Assembly (NCBI RefSeq): GCF_036321535.1
Contig: NC_087436.1
Span: 46,192,001 to 46,256,000, forward strand
Direction: 5' to 3'
From: Camelus dromedarius
Lineage: Eukaryota
DNA: 64,000 nt
A program made the position numbers and the translations under genes. Positions 12,296-25,445 of the stretch are shown piece after piece. Numbering within the stretch: the stretch's first letter is position 1; every line of letters starts with the position of its first letter. Under the pieces are notes generated by a model, which saw only the letters and a program-made list of their open reading frames with translations, did not search any database and had not been told where the DNA came from.

Positions 12296-12318
12296 AAAAA
12301 CAAAACAAAACAAAACAA
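12296..12318. repeat. (AAAAC)n simple repeat
   Basis: Read directly from the sequence. Confidence 0.85.
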
Positions 12319-13076
12319 AGAGTTAAAATATATTGGTTGATTATTATGCTGAAAACTGACAATGGAGTTTTGTTTAGCTTGATCAGGGACATTGAACAGT
12401 TTTTAAAAATTGGGTTATTTTCTAGTTTCTTTGATTTGTTTTTCTTTTTTAGATCCCTGGATCCTTGTAAATACAGTTGAATAGGGAAGAAGATTTAATG
12501 TTTTGAATGTGAAAATGTTTTTTGTTTACTATGATTTTGGAAAACTTTTATTCAAATAGTGGGTAAATACGGGATTTAACCTGATGTATTAGGCCTTCTT
12601 ATTTTGCCATTTATAGAAATGAGAATCTGTGCTTGTATTTGCCACCAATAATGCTAAATAAGTGGGGGTTTCTGATAGTATATTTGGAAAGGTGACTAAA
12701 TTGACAATTTTTAACAGACCTACAAAAAACCTTGTAGACTTTTCCCATCTGATTTTAAAGAGCTGTAGCTCAGCATTAGCTTCTCCACCATGTGACTTAG
12801 GATGATCTCAGATTCAAGTGATGCAGTTTAATCTAATTAAGACATAATGCAGAATAAGCTTGAAGTACAAGAGTAAAGGCTCTCAGAAGACTCCCAAAAG
12901 GCTGACACAATAAAAGTCATGGGTTTAGTTTATAACTATAATTGCTACTTGGTTTTCACATGAAGGAAACATGTAACTCAACTCTACAGGAAAAGATTTG
13001 TATCCACACTTTATGTCATTTTTCCTGTGGTTGAGAATAATCTTTCTCCTCTCTCCTACAGTGAATACCCATTTAA

Positions 13077-13097
13077 TATATATATATATATATATAT
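13077..13097. repeat. (TA)n microsatellite
   Basis: Read directly from the sequence. Confidence 0.9.
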
Positions 13098-13502
13098 TCC
13101 ACCTACCCCCCCAGAGAATGCCTTTTTAGATGGTAGTGTATTGGTGTAAATGTTACAGACTGAGGGAGTCATGCTGACTGCTCAGGAGGCAACCATTTAT
13201 TTATGAAATAAAGTCCTAGATTATTAATACATTCTCTCCTGGTCTCCATATCTTGATAAATTTAGTGCCAACAACATTAGCAAGCTATAGAGTATATTTT
13301 GGGGTCAATGGGGCGTTTTTAGAATACTGGAATTCATGCTTAAGGCACAAGCTTAATATTGGCATTCTTTCTTTGAAACACTCCATTGTCATGTGTGGGT
13401 TTCTGAAGGTCATTTATCTTCACTTCTTTATTTCCAGAGAATAATTGTAGCTTGTCTACTTCCTCGGCTGCTCTTCCGTAGCCTTCCAAGCAAATGACAC
13501 AA

Positions 13503-13720
13503 GTAATAGCTAATATGCATTATTTCAAGTACCAAGTGTTAAGTCTTTTTCGTTTAATGTCTCGTTAATCCTTACAATAACCTATTATCTCAGTTTTACA
13601 GATAGGATAAATAAGCCCCCAAAAGGTTAAATAACTTCCACAAATCATATGACTTATAAAGCGGAGGTTAGCGCTGTCTTATTCTGGAGTCCAAGCTTTT
13701 AGCTCTTAACCGTTATACCA
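13503..13720 (-). mobile_element. MIR SINE
   Basis: taatagctaatat...ttaatccttacaataacc...cagttttacagata...aggttaaataactt...ggagtccaagct...cttaacc. Confidence 0.75.
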
Positions 13721-14974
13721 ACTACTCCAAAAACAGAGACTGTTAAAAAAATTTTAGCAGAGGAAATGTTTGGAGGTAGTAATAGTAGCAGGGAGGATGG
13801 GTAGGAAACAGAAACATATCTGGGAGACTAGGAGTGTGGAAAAGCATTATGTTAATATTAGAGGAACACAGAAAAAGGGCTGTATTCACTGATATGGCTT
13901 GGTTGTAGTTTCTGTCATTTTAAACAAGTATTCCAGTAAAATTTGATACATCATTTAATTCTTTTATTTTTTTAGGTTGATTTTCTGAGTACTTTCTTCT
14001 TAATGTTGCCTGTTTTTAACAACCTTTTAGTAGGCAGATGATTAGAAAAAGCAGATGAATTATTCTGAAAGTAAAATTTAAGAAGGTCTGGTGGTATGTA
14101 GCATAGAGCCACAACAATGGCTCTTCTTCTATGGAAGAACCCTGACATTCATTCGTATTCTTTGTTATACCTTTAATTCCTTTTATGGTTCAAGTAATTT
14201 GAAAATGCAAACACTTCCTGCTCCTCTTTAGTATATACTGTTATTACATCAAGAAATTACATGTAGGAATAGGTATCTATTGCCTTAATTATAGGTCATT
14301 TTAATAAAAAGATTACAAGAAAATTTAACGATTAGTTGAAAAGAAATACTGAAAAGAAAGCATTCTTGGTTTGTTAAAGAAAGCAGTGCTGTTTAAATTG
14401 TCCCTTGGCCTTCAGTTCAGTGTGTTTATTACAGATATGATCATTAGTCCAGAGTTTTAGCCCATGCAGAGTACCTTGCAGTGTCTCGGTTCTCTAACTT
14501 TAATAAATAGGTTAATAGATTTGAGCAGGAGAGTTGAACTGATATAGCTCATGGTTTGCCCTGAAAACTTGAGGATTTTCTAATTAAATCCCAGATGATC
14601 AGTGAGCACTGCTCAGCTTACTAAATCATGACTTTTTCAATCTTAGTGACATAGTTAAAATTGGAAATGTCAGAAATGTCTGAACAAGAGTGTGATTCAT
14701 GGACTTGAACCTGAACTTGCTTTCAATTTTTTTTTTTATTAAAAAAAGACATTATGAATAGATTAACTAGAAATTATGGTATACACCTATTAACCTGTCT
14801 TTTAGCAAGACTGTTTCTAAGTTGGAAAACATTTAATTCCTTCAACAAAGGTGATGTTGTTCTCTATAAAATATAATACAATTCATTAATTACTTAACAT
14901 CAGAGGCAGAAACCATATGTTGCTGGATTTCATTTGAAATCTCTTTCGAGGAGTTTGATAAGCCTGATTGCTAG

Positions 14975-15838
14975 TTGGGCATCTCAAACTCAAAGTAGCT
15001 CCAGTGAATTTATTATTCCCTAATACATAAGAAATAAATAAAACCTAATTTGTTCCTCCCTCTGTACCTCTCTTAGTGAATGGCACTCACTGTCCAAACA
15101 AGACACTTGAGAACTATTCTTGACTCTTTCTACACTCTCTATAATTTTTCATCTACTGAGTCCTGTTTTCTCCCTTAATTTCTCAGGTCTGTCTGTTCTT
15201 CTTTGCTCCTTCTGCTACTTCTCTCATCCTGCTTACCAATATCTTTCCTTGGGTGAGGGTAACAGCCTACTACCTTGTTTCCCTTACTCCGTTATTGCTC
15301 TCCTCCAGTCCGTTTTCCACACCGTAGCCAGAGTACTCCTTCTAAGGTGAAATCTGGTAAATCCCAAGCATGTGAGCATGTTCAACAGGAACTTTGATGG
15401 GGCCTCCTCCATCAGCTTTCTAGCCTCATCACTCCCCCTTCTGGTTGCCCTTGTGCCACACTGCACTATCTTCTGTTCTCTCCTATTGTGTGCTCTCTTT
15501 CAACCTTCTGGACCTGCCTTTGCTCATGATGTCATGGGAGACTCTTCACCCTCCTCAGCCTGCAGTTCCAGCTTAAACTTCACTTTCTTCCTGGAGCTTG
15601 TTTTCCTTCTTACGTGTTTCTGTCTGGATTCCATAGAACTCAGTACTTAAACTTTTTTTCTGCACTTAATAATCCTTTTTTGTTATTGCTTGTTAGATGG
15701 TTTGTCTGTTCCATTTGACTTTAAAATACATGTTGGAAGGGACTTTCTCTTGCCCATCATTGCATGCCAAGGGTTTCTCATGGTGTTTGGCCTATAGAGG
15801 ACACTTAGCAAATATATATTTCATGAATGAATGATTGA
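14975..15838 (+). mobile_element. L2 LINE 3' region ending in (TGAA)n tail
   Basis: ggcatctcaaactcaa...ttagtgaatggcac...aacagcctac...tttccacaccgtagccagag...cctttgctcatg...tgaatgaatga. Confidence 0.8.
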
Positions 15839-16039
15839 GGTGTACTTTTTTTTCTTGATAGAGCACAATAGCTCTTATGTTACTCTGCAAAGTACATTCT
15901 CAGAGTAGCATGAAAGAAGAAAATTTAGAAAATGTTAGTTGTAGACACACAGGGCTTGGTGCAGGAAAATAAGGCAGGAATATAGTATAAAATTCCACAG
16001 GTAGAGAGGACTTTGTTTTAAACAATGTGTAGATTATCA

Positions 16040-16440
16040 ACCTATCCATCAATCTCATAACAACTTCCACTGGAGGAGTCTGTAGTTTTCCACAGTAATG
16101 GATTACAGGGACCAACATACCTCAAATTAGACAGTTCTTTCTAGTATCTAACCTGAATTTCTTTTTGCTGCAATATAAACTCATTTCTGATCTTTCTTAG
16201 GTGAAATTAAGAGATCTATAACCTACTTATGTTATTACCAAGTTTTTCTGTTTTCCTCCAATATCCAAGGTTCCCTCCCTCTTTTTCATATCATATCTTA
16301 TTTTCTAATCCTTAATTATTTTTATTGCTAGTATTTGAAACTTTCTGAGTATGCCATCCTTTATGTCATAAACCAGGATTAATCAAAACTTGATTAGTAC
16401 TGAATACAATGAAAGGATTATTGCTCTTAAGGCTCATTAT
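16040..16440 (-). mobile_element. L3/CR1 LINE fragment
   Basis: gttctttctagtatctaacctgaatttc...gctgcaatataaac is antisense to the CR1 'LQQxRFRLDIRKNF' region; ttttctaatcctttaattatttttattgct is antisense to the 'ATKMIKGLE' region. Confidence 0.6.
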
Positions 16441-17264
16441 TGTGTTCTTTTGAAATATATCTCCAGCAAATCTCTGCATGATATATTGTAAAGGATTTCA
16501 TAATTTGTGATTTAAAAAATATTGCCCTTAGTCTAAAAGGTTTTGATGGACAAATTGCCAGAAAATCATTCCTTCTGATAAAATGCTATTGTCACAAAGA
16601 GCTTAAAAATATATATCTATTTTGGAATTTTGTCCATATTGGGCTTAATTATGATCAAAGAAACTCTAAAGGAAGGAATACACACTTTGCAAGTTTAATG
16701 ACTTTTTTTTTTAATTAATAACTTTTGCTAATAAACTGAAAGAAATGGGTCTTCCTGGCCTACAGTAGTTATTAGTACAAAAAACGACCTTTTTTTCAAT
16801 AGGTAAACTTGGTTATGGCTAGGATGGGAGAGTTTTAGAGCTTGCATTATATCATGTATTTAAGAACAGAGTAGGTAAATGCATGGGAAAAGGGGGGAAA
16901 TGCTCTGAAGATGTACAGTCAGAAATTCAGATCAGGCTAAACTTAAAGGCATGTTCTCTTACTGTTCATCCGCAGGTTGATCAAAAAGGCCTTGTTATAG
17001 GAGAACAAGAGGGAAATAACATGAGCCCAGGATACTTAAAATTACTGTGTATCAGAATATTAGATGATTATACTATTATTATGTTAATGATGATTTGCAA
17101 TGACAGACACTTCAGAGATGCTCAAGGGGCATTGCTACCTATTAGAAGGGAACATAGTTAATTTCTTTATATTAAAAGCTGATTTCCATTCAAGAAATAC
17201 TTATTTAGCATGCATAATGTGTCAACATTAAACTGTACACTGTGAGGAGTGCTATTTAAAAAAC

Positions 17265-17355
17265 ATTTGTTTTCTTGTGATGAGAACTTGTAAGAATCTA
17301 TTCTCTTAGCAACTTTCAAATATACAGTATAGCGTTGTTAATTCTAATCACTATC
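17265..17355 (-). mobile_element. L1MA-like 3' fragment
   Basis: ttcttgtgatgagaactt...tctcttagcaactttcaaatatacagtatag. Confidence 0.7.
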
Positions 17356-17964
17356 TGGTTAACAGTTTTAAATTAGTTTGCTCAGTGGTTCAATTACAGA
17401 TAATCCTCAGATCCTATTTTAACAAACACTGCTTTATTTTCCCCTTTCCCACCTCTCTAACAAAGCCTTCCTGACAGACTAGCCATACTAATTTCTTCTT
17501 CATATTGACCTCCGATACAGCCTTGAATCGTTTATCTTTTTGCATTGTTGCTTATTTCATGTAGTTGTATCTCAGTTCTGAACTAAATTGAACACTCATG
17601 TCTTAAATGATGGCATGGTAATGTGTAATAAACATAAAATGATATTGGCATTGAGGAATGCTGTTTTTGACTTTAAGGAGTTAAAGATACTTTGAAATAC
17701 TATAATTTGAAATAAGGCTGCTTAAACATTTTTATGGTTTGTATTACCTCCTAGTTTTCATAGTAAATCTCCCTTGGTTGCTTTATTTTTGCAATGGTAA
17801 CAGTTATAACAATAGTTTGTATCATTCTTTATAAATTTACAGATGGCATTTAGATACAGAAATGAATTGGGTTAGTACTTTATGTTTGAACCAAATTTTG
17901 AAAATCTTTTTCTTTTAGTGTTGATTTCCAACCCTGACCCCAGTTATGAAGGTAATACTATAAG

Positions 17965-18240
17965 CTTGTTGGGGGAAATTGTAGAATATAAGAAATTATA
18001 GGAAAGATAGTTCTACCAACCCAAGACAATGGCTGTTAATGTTTTATCATTTCCTTTTTAAAAAAATGTTAAATGTTTTTACATAGTTGAGAGGATGTGC
18101 TATAGATGTTTTATTCTATTTTTTCACTTAACATTATTCAATAAACATTTTCCATGTTCTTAAAAATCTTTATAAATGTTATTCTCAATATTTATATGGT
18201 AAAGATATACCATGATTTCTATAATACTTCTACCTATTTC
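17965..18240 (-). mobile_element. Old L1ME-like 3' fragment
   Basis: ggctgttaatgtttt...ttttcacttaacattattcaataaacattttccatg...ataccatgattt. Confidence 0.5.
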
Positions 18241-19735
18241 ATATACTTCTTTCTTATAATCAGACATTTAAAAAATAGTATAACTTTAAGATAAGACGTT
18301 TGGAGGGGATAGGATATGTTCAAAGCAATATTGGTTATCTATAAAAGTAGAAATATTTACTTACTTTTTCAGTTTCAAAACCTTTTTTCCTTCCCTGTTT
18401 TACCCAATTCTTTAAATTGGATCGACTGTGTTCCCTGTTCACTTTGCTATGTAGCTCTCTCCAAGTTAAGGAATCAATTTATTAGGAAAATTTATTTTCT
18501 CTTGTCCTCTGTTGCTCTACACTCATTGAATAAAATGATATTTTTAAGTGTTTAAAGTATGATATCCAGCAGTTCAAAGGAAACATATTTACGATGTTGA
18601 TGTTGACAATGTAGGAATCTTTGTATAAGGAACTGGATTGAATGAAGAAGAGGTTTTTTCACCTGTTCTTGCTTTGTACCTGATGCAGCTGCACCCTTGA
18701 GTCATAAATTGAAATTTTAGTTCTCCAAGGGAAAATTTCAGAAGATGTTCATTCATCTCTTGTTAGTCACACACCAAATCTTTATCTTCAAAACTCTTCC
18801 TTCAGTGCAAGCAACGCATGAATGATAAGGCAGCCTCTGGCTGTATCGTTTGTCTTTTCCTTTCTGTTTTTCTTTTACTGTTGTTTTGAAACTAGCATTA
18901 CTTTAATGGGGTTAAATGGAGAAAGATGTCAGAGATAGCTATAAAAAATGGAAGTAGATAGTAGTTCTCTGCCTGCATACACATCAAAGATTGTTTATAT
19001 AAATGTAAATATTTGGCCGTATAAAAATAAATATATGCCTCACATTTGAATTGATGCTTTTGGTAATCCTAACTGCAGTCTTTGGGGGATTGTTCAAAAC
19101 CATTTGGAAGATCCTTTTTTATAGTTTAATGTGGCATTCCTAATGCAACAGAACTAGGACAATGCCTTCTGAAATTGAAATTAATCAACATAACCTTTGG
19201 GCTTTATATATTAAATCAAAATAAAAATGTAGGAGAGGAAAATGTCGTTAGCCCCAGTGACATAATTGTAGTGCCTGTCTACAGGTATTTCTTTTAGTCA
19301 TCATGGCAATGAAGCCCCATTTTTCTAGTAATCAAGAAGTATCAACAGTATGTTTAGGAGAATCAGATGATACTTTGCAGCCACAGGCATTTCAAATGAA
19401 AATTGATTGTTTTGAAATTAGAAAACTATTTCTTAAAGTAAAAACAGGATTTAGTCTCTGAACACCTTGATTGATTTTTCTCATTGTGCAAGTTAATTTT
19501 TTTCTCAGTCACTTTGTTGAAACTGCTTGCACGTGGGTAACCACTGACTCCTACACCGATATGTACAGGGATCTGTCCTTTGACAGGCACTGTACCTAGT
19601 GTATACTGAAGTGGCTCAGAAGTTTAAGTCCCCACCCCTGCCCTCAAGAACCTTAGCCAGGGAGATACAACATAAGAAGTTGATGTGTTTGAAAGTGATT
19701 TGTAAACTTTTCAAGTAATATGAAAATATAGTGGG

Positions 19736-19832
19736 TTATAATTATAATTAAAATTTATAATTAAAAATTATAATTAAAATTAAAAATTTTATAATTAAAA
19801 ATAATTATAATTAAAATTATAATTAAAAATAA
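19736..19832. repeat. 97-nt pure A/T minisatellite, unit approximately TTATAATTAAAA
   Basis: No G or C between 19736 and 19832; repeated ttataattaaaa units. Confidence 0.95.
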
Positions 19833-20214
19833 GATAAAAGTGCAGATGGAATTAAAAATTGTTAAACCATAACTTTTGGCTAGAAAACTCAGAGAAGATA
19901 TCTTGAAAAGGGCCCTAACTGGACTGGATTTTTAATGATTATATTTAAGAATTTGATAATTTAAGAATGAGAGGATCCTTCAGATAGCAGAAATAGCAAG
20001 AACACATGCTTGGGGTTATATTTTATCTGATTATTTCTTCATCGCATTGCAACATAGTGTTTAAAGCATAACTCTAGAGCCAGATTATCATGTGTTCAAA
20101 TTTTAATGTCTCCAATGCCATTATTATTTTCATTACTGTTAATACTGTTAGTAATATTTGTGTTGTGGTTTATACAATGTTTGGCTGAAAGGTAATAAAA
20201 ACAATCATTTAAAA

Positions 20215-20420
20215 TGATAATAATGATTGTTAATGTTTATTAAAGACTTACTGAGCAGTGCAGCCTCTGTTTCAAGTGCTTTACATACATTAGCTCATTT
20301 TATTTTCAAAATAATTATATGAGTCAAGTACTGTTTTTTTATATTATTTACCCCCATTTTACAGATGATAAACTGTAGGCACAGGTAGATTAACTTGCCC
20401 AAAGTCCAACAGCTAGTATA
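20215..20420 (-). mobile_element. MIR SINE
   Basis: aagtgctttacatacattagctcattt...cccattttacagatgataaactgtaggcacagg...taacttgcccaaagtc. Confidence 0.85.
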
Positions 20421-20469
20421 ATGGTCACAGAGTGCACAAGGTTGACTAGGGCCAAATTGGGGAGCAGTT

Positions 20470-20570
20470 CATATATTTATGCGTTTATTTTTTTCAACTC
20501 TTAAAACTTTAAATTTGTTCCAGTTTTACTGAGATATAATTGACCTAGAAGTTTAAGATGGACAGCATAA
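20470..20570 (-). mobile_element. Heavily 5'-truncated L1 tail with TSD
   Basis: ccagttttactgagatataattgac...aagtttaag...cagcataat (L1MA-like terminus) flanked by an exact 12-bp repeat tggggagcagtt (20458-20469 / 20571-20582). Confidence 0.75.
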
Positions 20571-20599
20571 TGGGGAGCAGTTAAATATAAGACTGCATA

Positions 20600-20915
20600 T
20601 AGGTAACAGAACAGAATATGAGGATGAATGTTGTATGGTTAGTGGAAAACGATTTTGGTTTCTGTGTCAGAGTTTTGGAGAGATTAAGCTATAGAAAGTT
20701 TACAGAACACAGACTGGAAGATGTGAGACCCAACTACTGCAGGTTTCAACTGTGAAATTACAAGGGCCTGAGGTTGGGTGGGGGCAGGAAGAATGGAGAG
20801 GACTGCCAGAAAGGAGGATCCAACTGGGCTCTGTGACCAACTGGTGAGGGGAAGATGGTGTCCGTGATGACTTACAGCTGTTTTACTTAGGTTAATGGTG
20901 ATATCATCAAAAGGT
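20600..20915 (-). mobile_element. L2 fragment
   Basis: tgagacccaactactgcagg...aagggcctgagg...gaatggagagg...gtgaccaactgg are antisense L2 motifs. Confidence 0.5.
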
Positions 20916-21164
20916 AGTCTGTCCTCATATATAACCAACTTCCAAATGCTTAATATTTCAACCAACCTTCTTCAATTCTCTTTCCTTCTTTATGCTGGTA
21001 ACTCTTGTTAAATCTTGGTTCTCCTCTTAGCTACTTCCTCCTTCAGAGTTTTTTTCCCTGCAGTGCACCATCTTCAGCGTCTCAGTCTAGAACTCATTTC
21101 TTTTTCTTTTCCATGCCCGCTTCATTATAGAGTGGGTATGCCGTCCAATGACCTATAATGCAGA

Positions 21165-21362
21165 GACAGTGTAACCTCATGGAGGGAGACAGAGCTGGGC
21201 CTGAATCCCAACTACACATTAGCTGTTGAATAGCAGTATCTTGGATCTTAGCTTGCTCATTTACAAATGGGAACGATATCTACCTTACAGAGTTATTATG
21301 AGCACTAAATAAGTCCAGGAAAAAGGCTCAAAACATGGTAGTCCCTTACCAAATGTTATTTG
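21165..21362 (+). mobile_element. MIR SINE
   Basis: gagacagagctgggcctgaatccc...ctcatttacaaatggg...tctaccttacagagttattatgag. Confidence 0.7.
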
Positions 21363-22069
21363 TTCCTTTTGTTCCCGTTGCTCCTATTCAGATATTTCCC
21401 CTCAGTTCAAGTTGTTTCCCTGGTGGGGGCGCTTTTGACGTTAGGGGGAATAGCCATGATTTTCTTTTGCCTGCCAGATGTTAAGCTGTGCATTATCATC
21501 TTTCATGGTTAAATAGCACAGTGATTGCCTTTCTGTTTTAAATGTGGAATGAGTTAATACTTTAAAAATATAAGATAGGAACTACAAAGAAATGTAATAA
21601 TAAACTGGTTTTATGTGAAATTACATTTCAGACTGGGGGTGAAAATTTATCTTCAAATTGGATTCTTAAGAGCAGTATGAAGACAGGCTGTGGAAACATG
21701 ATATGTGAAATAGAGAGTTTTCCAAACCCTTTACCTATCTAGAAATTTTATTTGTACAGATGTTATGAATGATATAATGGTTGTTCTTTTATGTAGCAAT
21801 TAGAATAGGAATTTCATTTGATTGAACATGCTGTTGTGAAGAGAAAGTATCTCAGCAAAAAACTGACTTCAGACAGGACGATATGAAGCACTTCCTTTGT
21901 AGATAGCTGAGCCTGGTAGTATTTGCTGCAGGGGAACTAGTCAGCGTGGTCACGTTAGCTAAGCTCTTACTAGGGATTTGGAAATGACCCACAGGAGACT
22001 TTTCCCTGTTTCAGTTAACTTCTGTGGACTCCAGTGTCTCAAGGGTAAAATATTAAAAATAATTTCAGA

Positions 22070-22240
22070 ATGTAGAGTAGGAAGATGATTTAGGTATGAT
22101 CTAGTGCACACCCTTTTAGAGAGGAAAGAACTGAGGCCTAAGGATTGAAAGGGACTTGCCCAAGATTCCCATATGATGCTGGCAAGTCAGATGTCAAACT
22201 TAGGTCTCTGAATTCCCAGTATTCTCGCCACTCTGCCACA
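22070..22240 (-). mobile_element. MIR/MIR3 SINE
   Basis: agaggaaagaactgaggcctaagg...gacttgcccaagat...taggtctctgaattcccag. Confidence 0.7.
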
Positions 22241-22818
22241 AACCCCCCATGAGCATTAACATTATATCAGCCAAACACTGGTCTAGAAGTGAAGCTTCTG
22301 AGAAATTGGAAAAAAATTGAGAAATTGGTAAAAAAAAAGTTTTGGAGTATTTATAGACTTGGAACTAAAACTTCTGCAGTCTTCTTTAGTTATTCCTGAC
22401 TGCTTTTTCTATTCCATGTTTTTTTAAAAATAAATGGAAAAAACTTAGGATTACAAAAATTCAGCTATCCCTCAACTATTCACATGAACTGAATGCTTTG
22501 GGAGTATGCATCATGTTGGTACCCTGTGCACTGATATCCCACTGAGGAATGTGAACTCCAGTTTGAGAAGATGCCTCAAAAGTTGTTTGTGATCAAGCTA
22601 GTTGCAATTGTACACATTCACCCAAGATGGATTTGATCTGCAAAAATTAATTTTACTGTCTACACATTTTCTGAATGAAAAAAAACCTTACCATTTAGCT
22701 GATGATCAAATTTTATTTTATTTTGAGAATTATTGGAAATATGGTACCAGAAGTGGCCTTCCGATACTATACAATATGGTGAACTCTTTTGCTTTCCTGC
22801 CTAATTTAAATGCATACC

Positions 22819-22820
<2 letters not shown>

Positions 22821-22864
<44 letters not shown>
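22821..22864. repeat. (CA)22 microsatellite
   Basis: Perfect dinucleotide run. Confidence 0.98.
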
Positions 22865-22866
<2 letters not shown>

Positions 22867-24227
22867 TGCATGTGACAGTGCTTAAAATGTTCATGTCTGT
22901 GTATAGTTTCTCTATGTGGCTCTTTTCCAAAAACCTTCAGGTTTCTGTGAGAGGAGGTGAGATTAAAATTGATGAACAGACAATGTGGAAACTTGGTGTG
23001 CTCTGTTCTAAAGCCCAGTTGTGACTTATTTTAACTTAGTAAAGGTAAAAGAGCAGAATGGATATGTCCAAAACTCAAAGTAAGTTTGGTTAGAGTGTAT
23101 AACAGATGTGGCATTTGTTTTGAGGTAAATATATATGAGATTGTCAGAAAGCATCAATATTTTGAAGTTATCAGTCATTTTAATGAAGAATTTATTTGTT
23201 GTTGCTGTTTTGATTTTTTATCAGCTTCTCACTTCTGCTTTCTTGGTTTAGGGAAAAAAAAAACAGAAAAAAGGTATAAAGCTTTTAAAAAACAGTCTGG
23301 TACATAATAATAAAGATTATTTGAATGAATGAATGAGCAGTGGTTCCTATTTTGGTGGGGGGTGTATAGTTGAGGGGATGGAAGGGGCTGCATGTAAGAA
23401 TTCTCTAGGTAGCCTTCCCAACCACATTCACCCTCTTTCCCATTTGAAGATACTCTGCCTGGGAGGAGAACCATGGCTTTGGAGCAAGAAGTTAAAATAA
23501 ATTTGGAAATCACCCAAACCACAAGGCCTGTGAGCTTTGCACCAATTTTCAATCTCAGTGGACTCTGGGTTTGTTTTAACAATGTGGTATTTTTTTGGTT
23601 TGGTGCTTTAAGTTTTATTTTTAAGTTAAATTGTAGTATAAGATGAAGTTACTCGAAATATATGAGTTCAAATGTTATAAGGATACTATTTATGAGTAAA
23701 ATAATTTTTCATTATGGCTAAGCTCAGAATTCTTGAAAAATTGCAAAACTCGTATTTTTTTTTCTTTCCAAGTAACAGAGCTCTCCCATCAAGTAAAAAT
23801 TTCATTGAGAAGAGATTTTTTTTCCACCTAAAGAAGATACTTTTTTTTCCCCATTAGTTCAACAACCACGTTTCACCTCATAGAAAAAGATAGCATTTTC
23901 TTTGCCCAGTGACTCCAATTCATCCCTAAAGAGTGAGATTTTGCAAGGTTTGTATTTGCATTAGTGCTCTTTGAAACTCAGAGAATTCTGCATAAACACT
24001 TAGCACAGTGCTTGATGTACGGTAGAAGCTCAAGAAATGCTAATTTTCCCTTTCCTTTCTTCTCAAGAGATATCTAGAGATATATAAAATTCATTTCAAA
24101 GAATTAATATAATTATTGGTTTGGAAAACCTATCAAAAAATTAGAAAAATCTCTGCTGGGCAATGACTCATTTTCAAGTATTGATAAAAATATTGTAACA
24201 GGCAAGCTTATTAAAGTAATTCTTTCA

Positions 24228-24355
24228 ATTCAGCTCAATATAACAAAATTTTATTTACTATCTACTACACATAAGGCACTTGTATAGACATTGTAGAGGA
24301 TAGAAAGATGAATATAACATAATTTCTGTGTTCAAGGAGCTTATGATCTAGGGTT
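24228..24355 (-). mobile_element. L2 3'-end fragment
   Basis: aacaaaattttatttactatctactac...aaagatgaatataaca...tcaaggagcttatgatctag. Confidence 0.6.
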
Positions 24356-25159
24356 GGTGAAAATAAGGGGGACAGATTCAATATAATGTAATATAATATA
24401 TACACACATACATACCTTCACATATATAATATAAACATATGAATATATATACATAGCACCTTGTTGAATCCAGGTCTCTAAACTTCTAACCTATTATCCT
24501 TTCCACTATACCATACCCAGCTTCTTGAGAAAGGAAATGGGTTTTAATTTCCATCTCTCATTTACTTACTTGGTGTAGCCCATAAATGCTTTAGTGTATT
24601 TCCAAAACTTTAAACTTTTTCTCACTATTTAGGGCATTTGAAGGAAGTGTGCACAATTTAGCAACCTACATGAATTATAGATTATTTATAAATAAGCATA
24701 AATTTAAAACTTTATTTCAAGTGCACACAGTAACCCAATTTTCTTGCTAACAAATGTTTTATGGATAGAGGGAAGTAGAAATCTTATTGGGCCTGATCAA
24801 TGAACATATAAGACTCAAGTAATTAATGTTCTAAAGTACTTGAAAACAGTTCACCTAGGAAGTTTAAGTAGGTCATGCATATTTACTTTGATAATTTTTT
24901 TCTTTTTGATGAACATTTCCTTTAACAGATGCAAAAGTGAAGTTAAATTTCATCTTGATCAAAGTGCGGTAGATTTAGTATCATTGGCATTAAAATTATG
25001 ACTACTGTATTGCACATATATGCACATAAATATATAATCTTTTAAATTTTGTCTCTCCCTCTAGATTTTAAGATTATTTTTGCCTGTAGAGAATAAGACA
25101 AGTTTTCTCCCCAACTATCTAATAATTTGTGTTGGGCCAAGGTGGGCAGCAGGTAGCTC

Positions 25160-25445
25160 ACTGATACATTTATTGTGCAAGGAACTGCATTATGCCCTGA
25201 GGGATAAGAAGATGATGAGGATGTTAGGGTGACGTGACTCTTGGCTTCAAGTTACTTATAGTCTATCAGAGAAATAATTACAATGGGAATTATGTTCCAT
25301 AAAAGAGGTCCAAATAGAGTGCTGTGAGAATTTAGAGAAAAGAGTTACTACTTTTGCCTAGGAGACTCAAGGAAACCTTCCTATAGGAGCTGGCATTTGA
25401 GCTGGGATCTTAAAGGTGAGCCTAGATTTGAACAAAAGGAAGATA
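25160..25445 (-). mobile_element. L2 fragment
   Basis: agagtgctgtgagaattt...aaggaaaccttcctataggagctggcatttgagctgggatcttaaagg. Confidence 0.7.

Noticed and set aside
15120..15650. Hydrophobic ORFs resembling membrane peptides (also 26780-27025, 27554-27895, 50249-50620, 62567-62905)
   Set aside because: They overlap pyrimidine-rich L2, L1 or MaLR remnants, where Leu/Phe/Ser-rich translations are a compositional artefact.
22602..23024. 140-aa ORF with HT repeats, and the antisense CV-repeat ORF
   Set aside because: Produced by the (CA)22 microsatellite; non-ATG start and no recognisable protein similarity.
24929..24968. Possible 40-nt exon (tttcctttaacag|ATGCAA...GTGCG|gtagat)
   Set aside because: Good acceptor but weak donor and no recognisable peptide; not supportable without RNA data.
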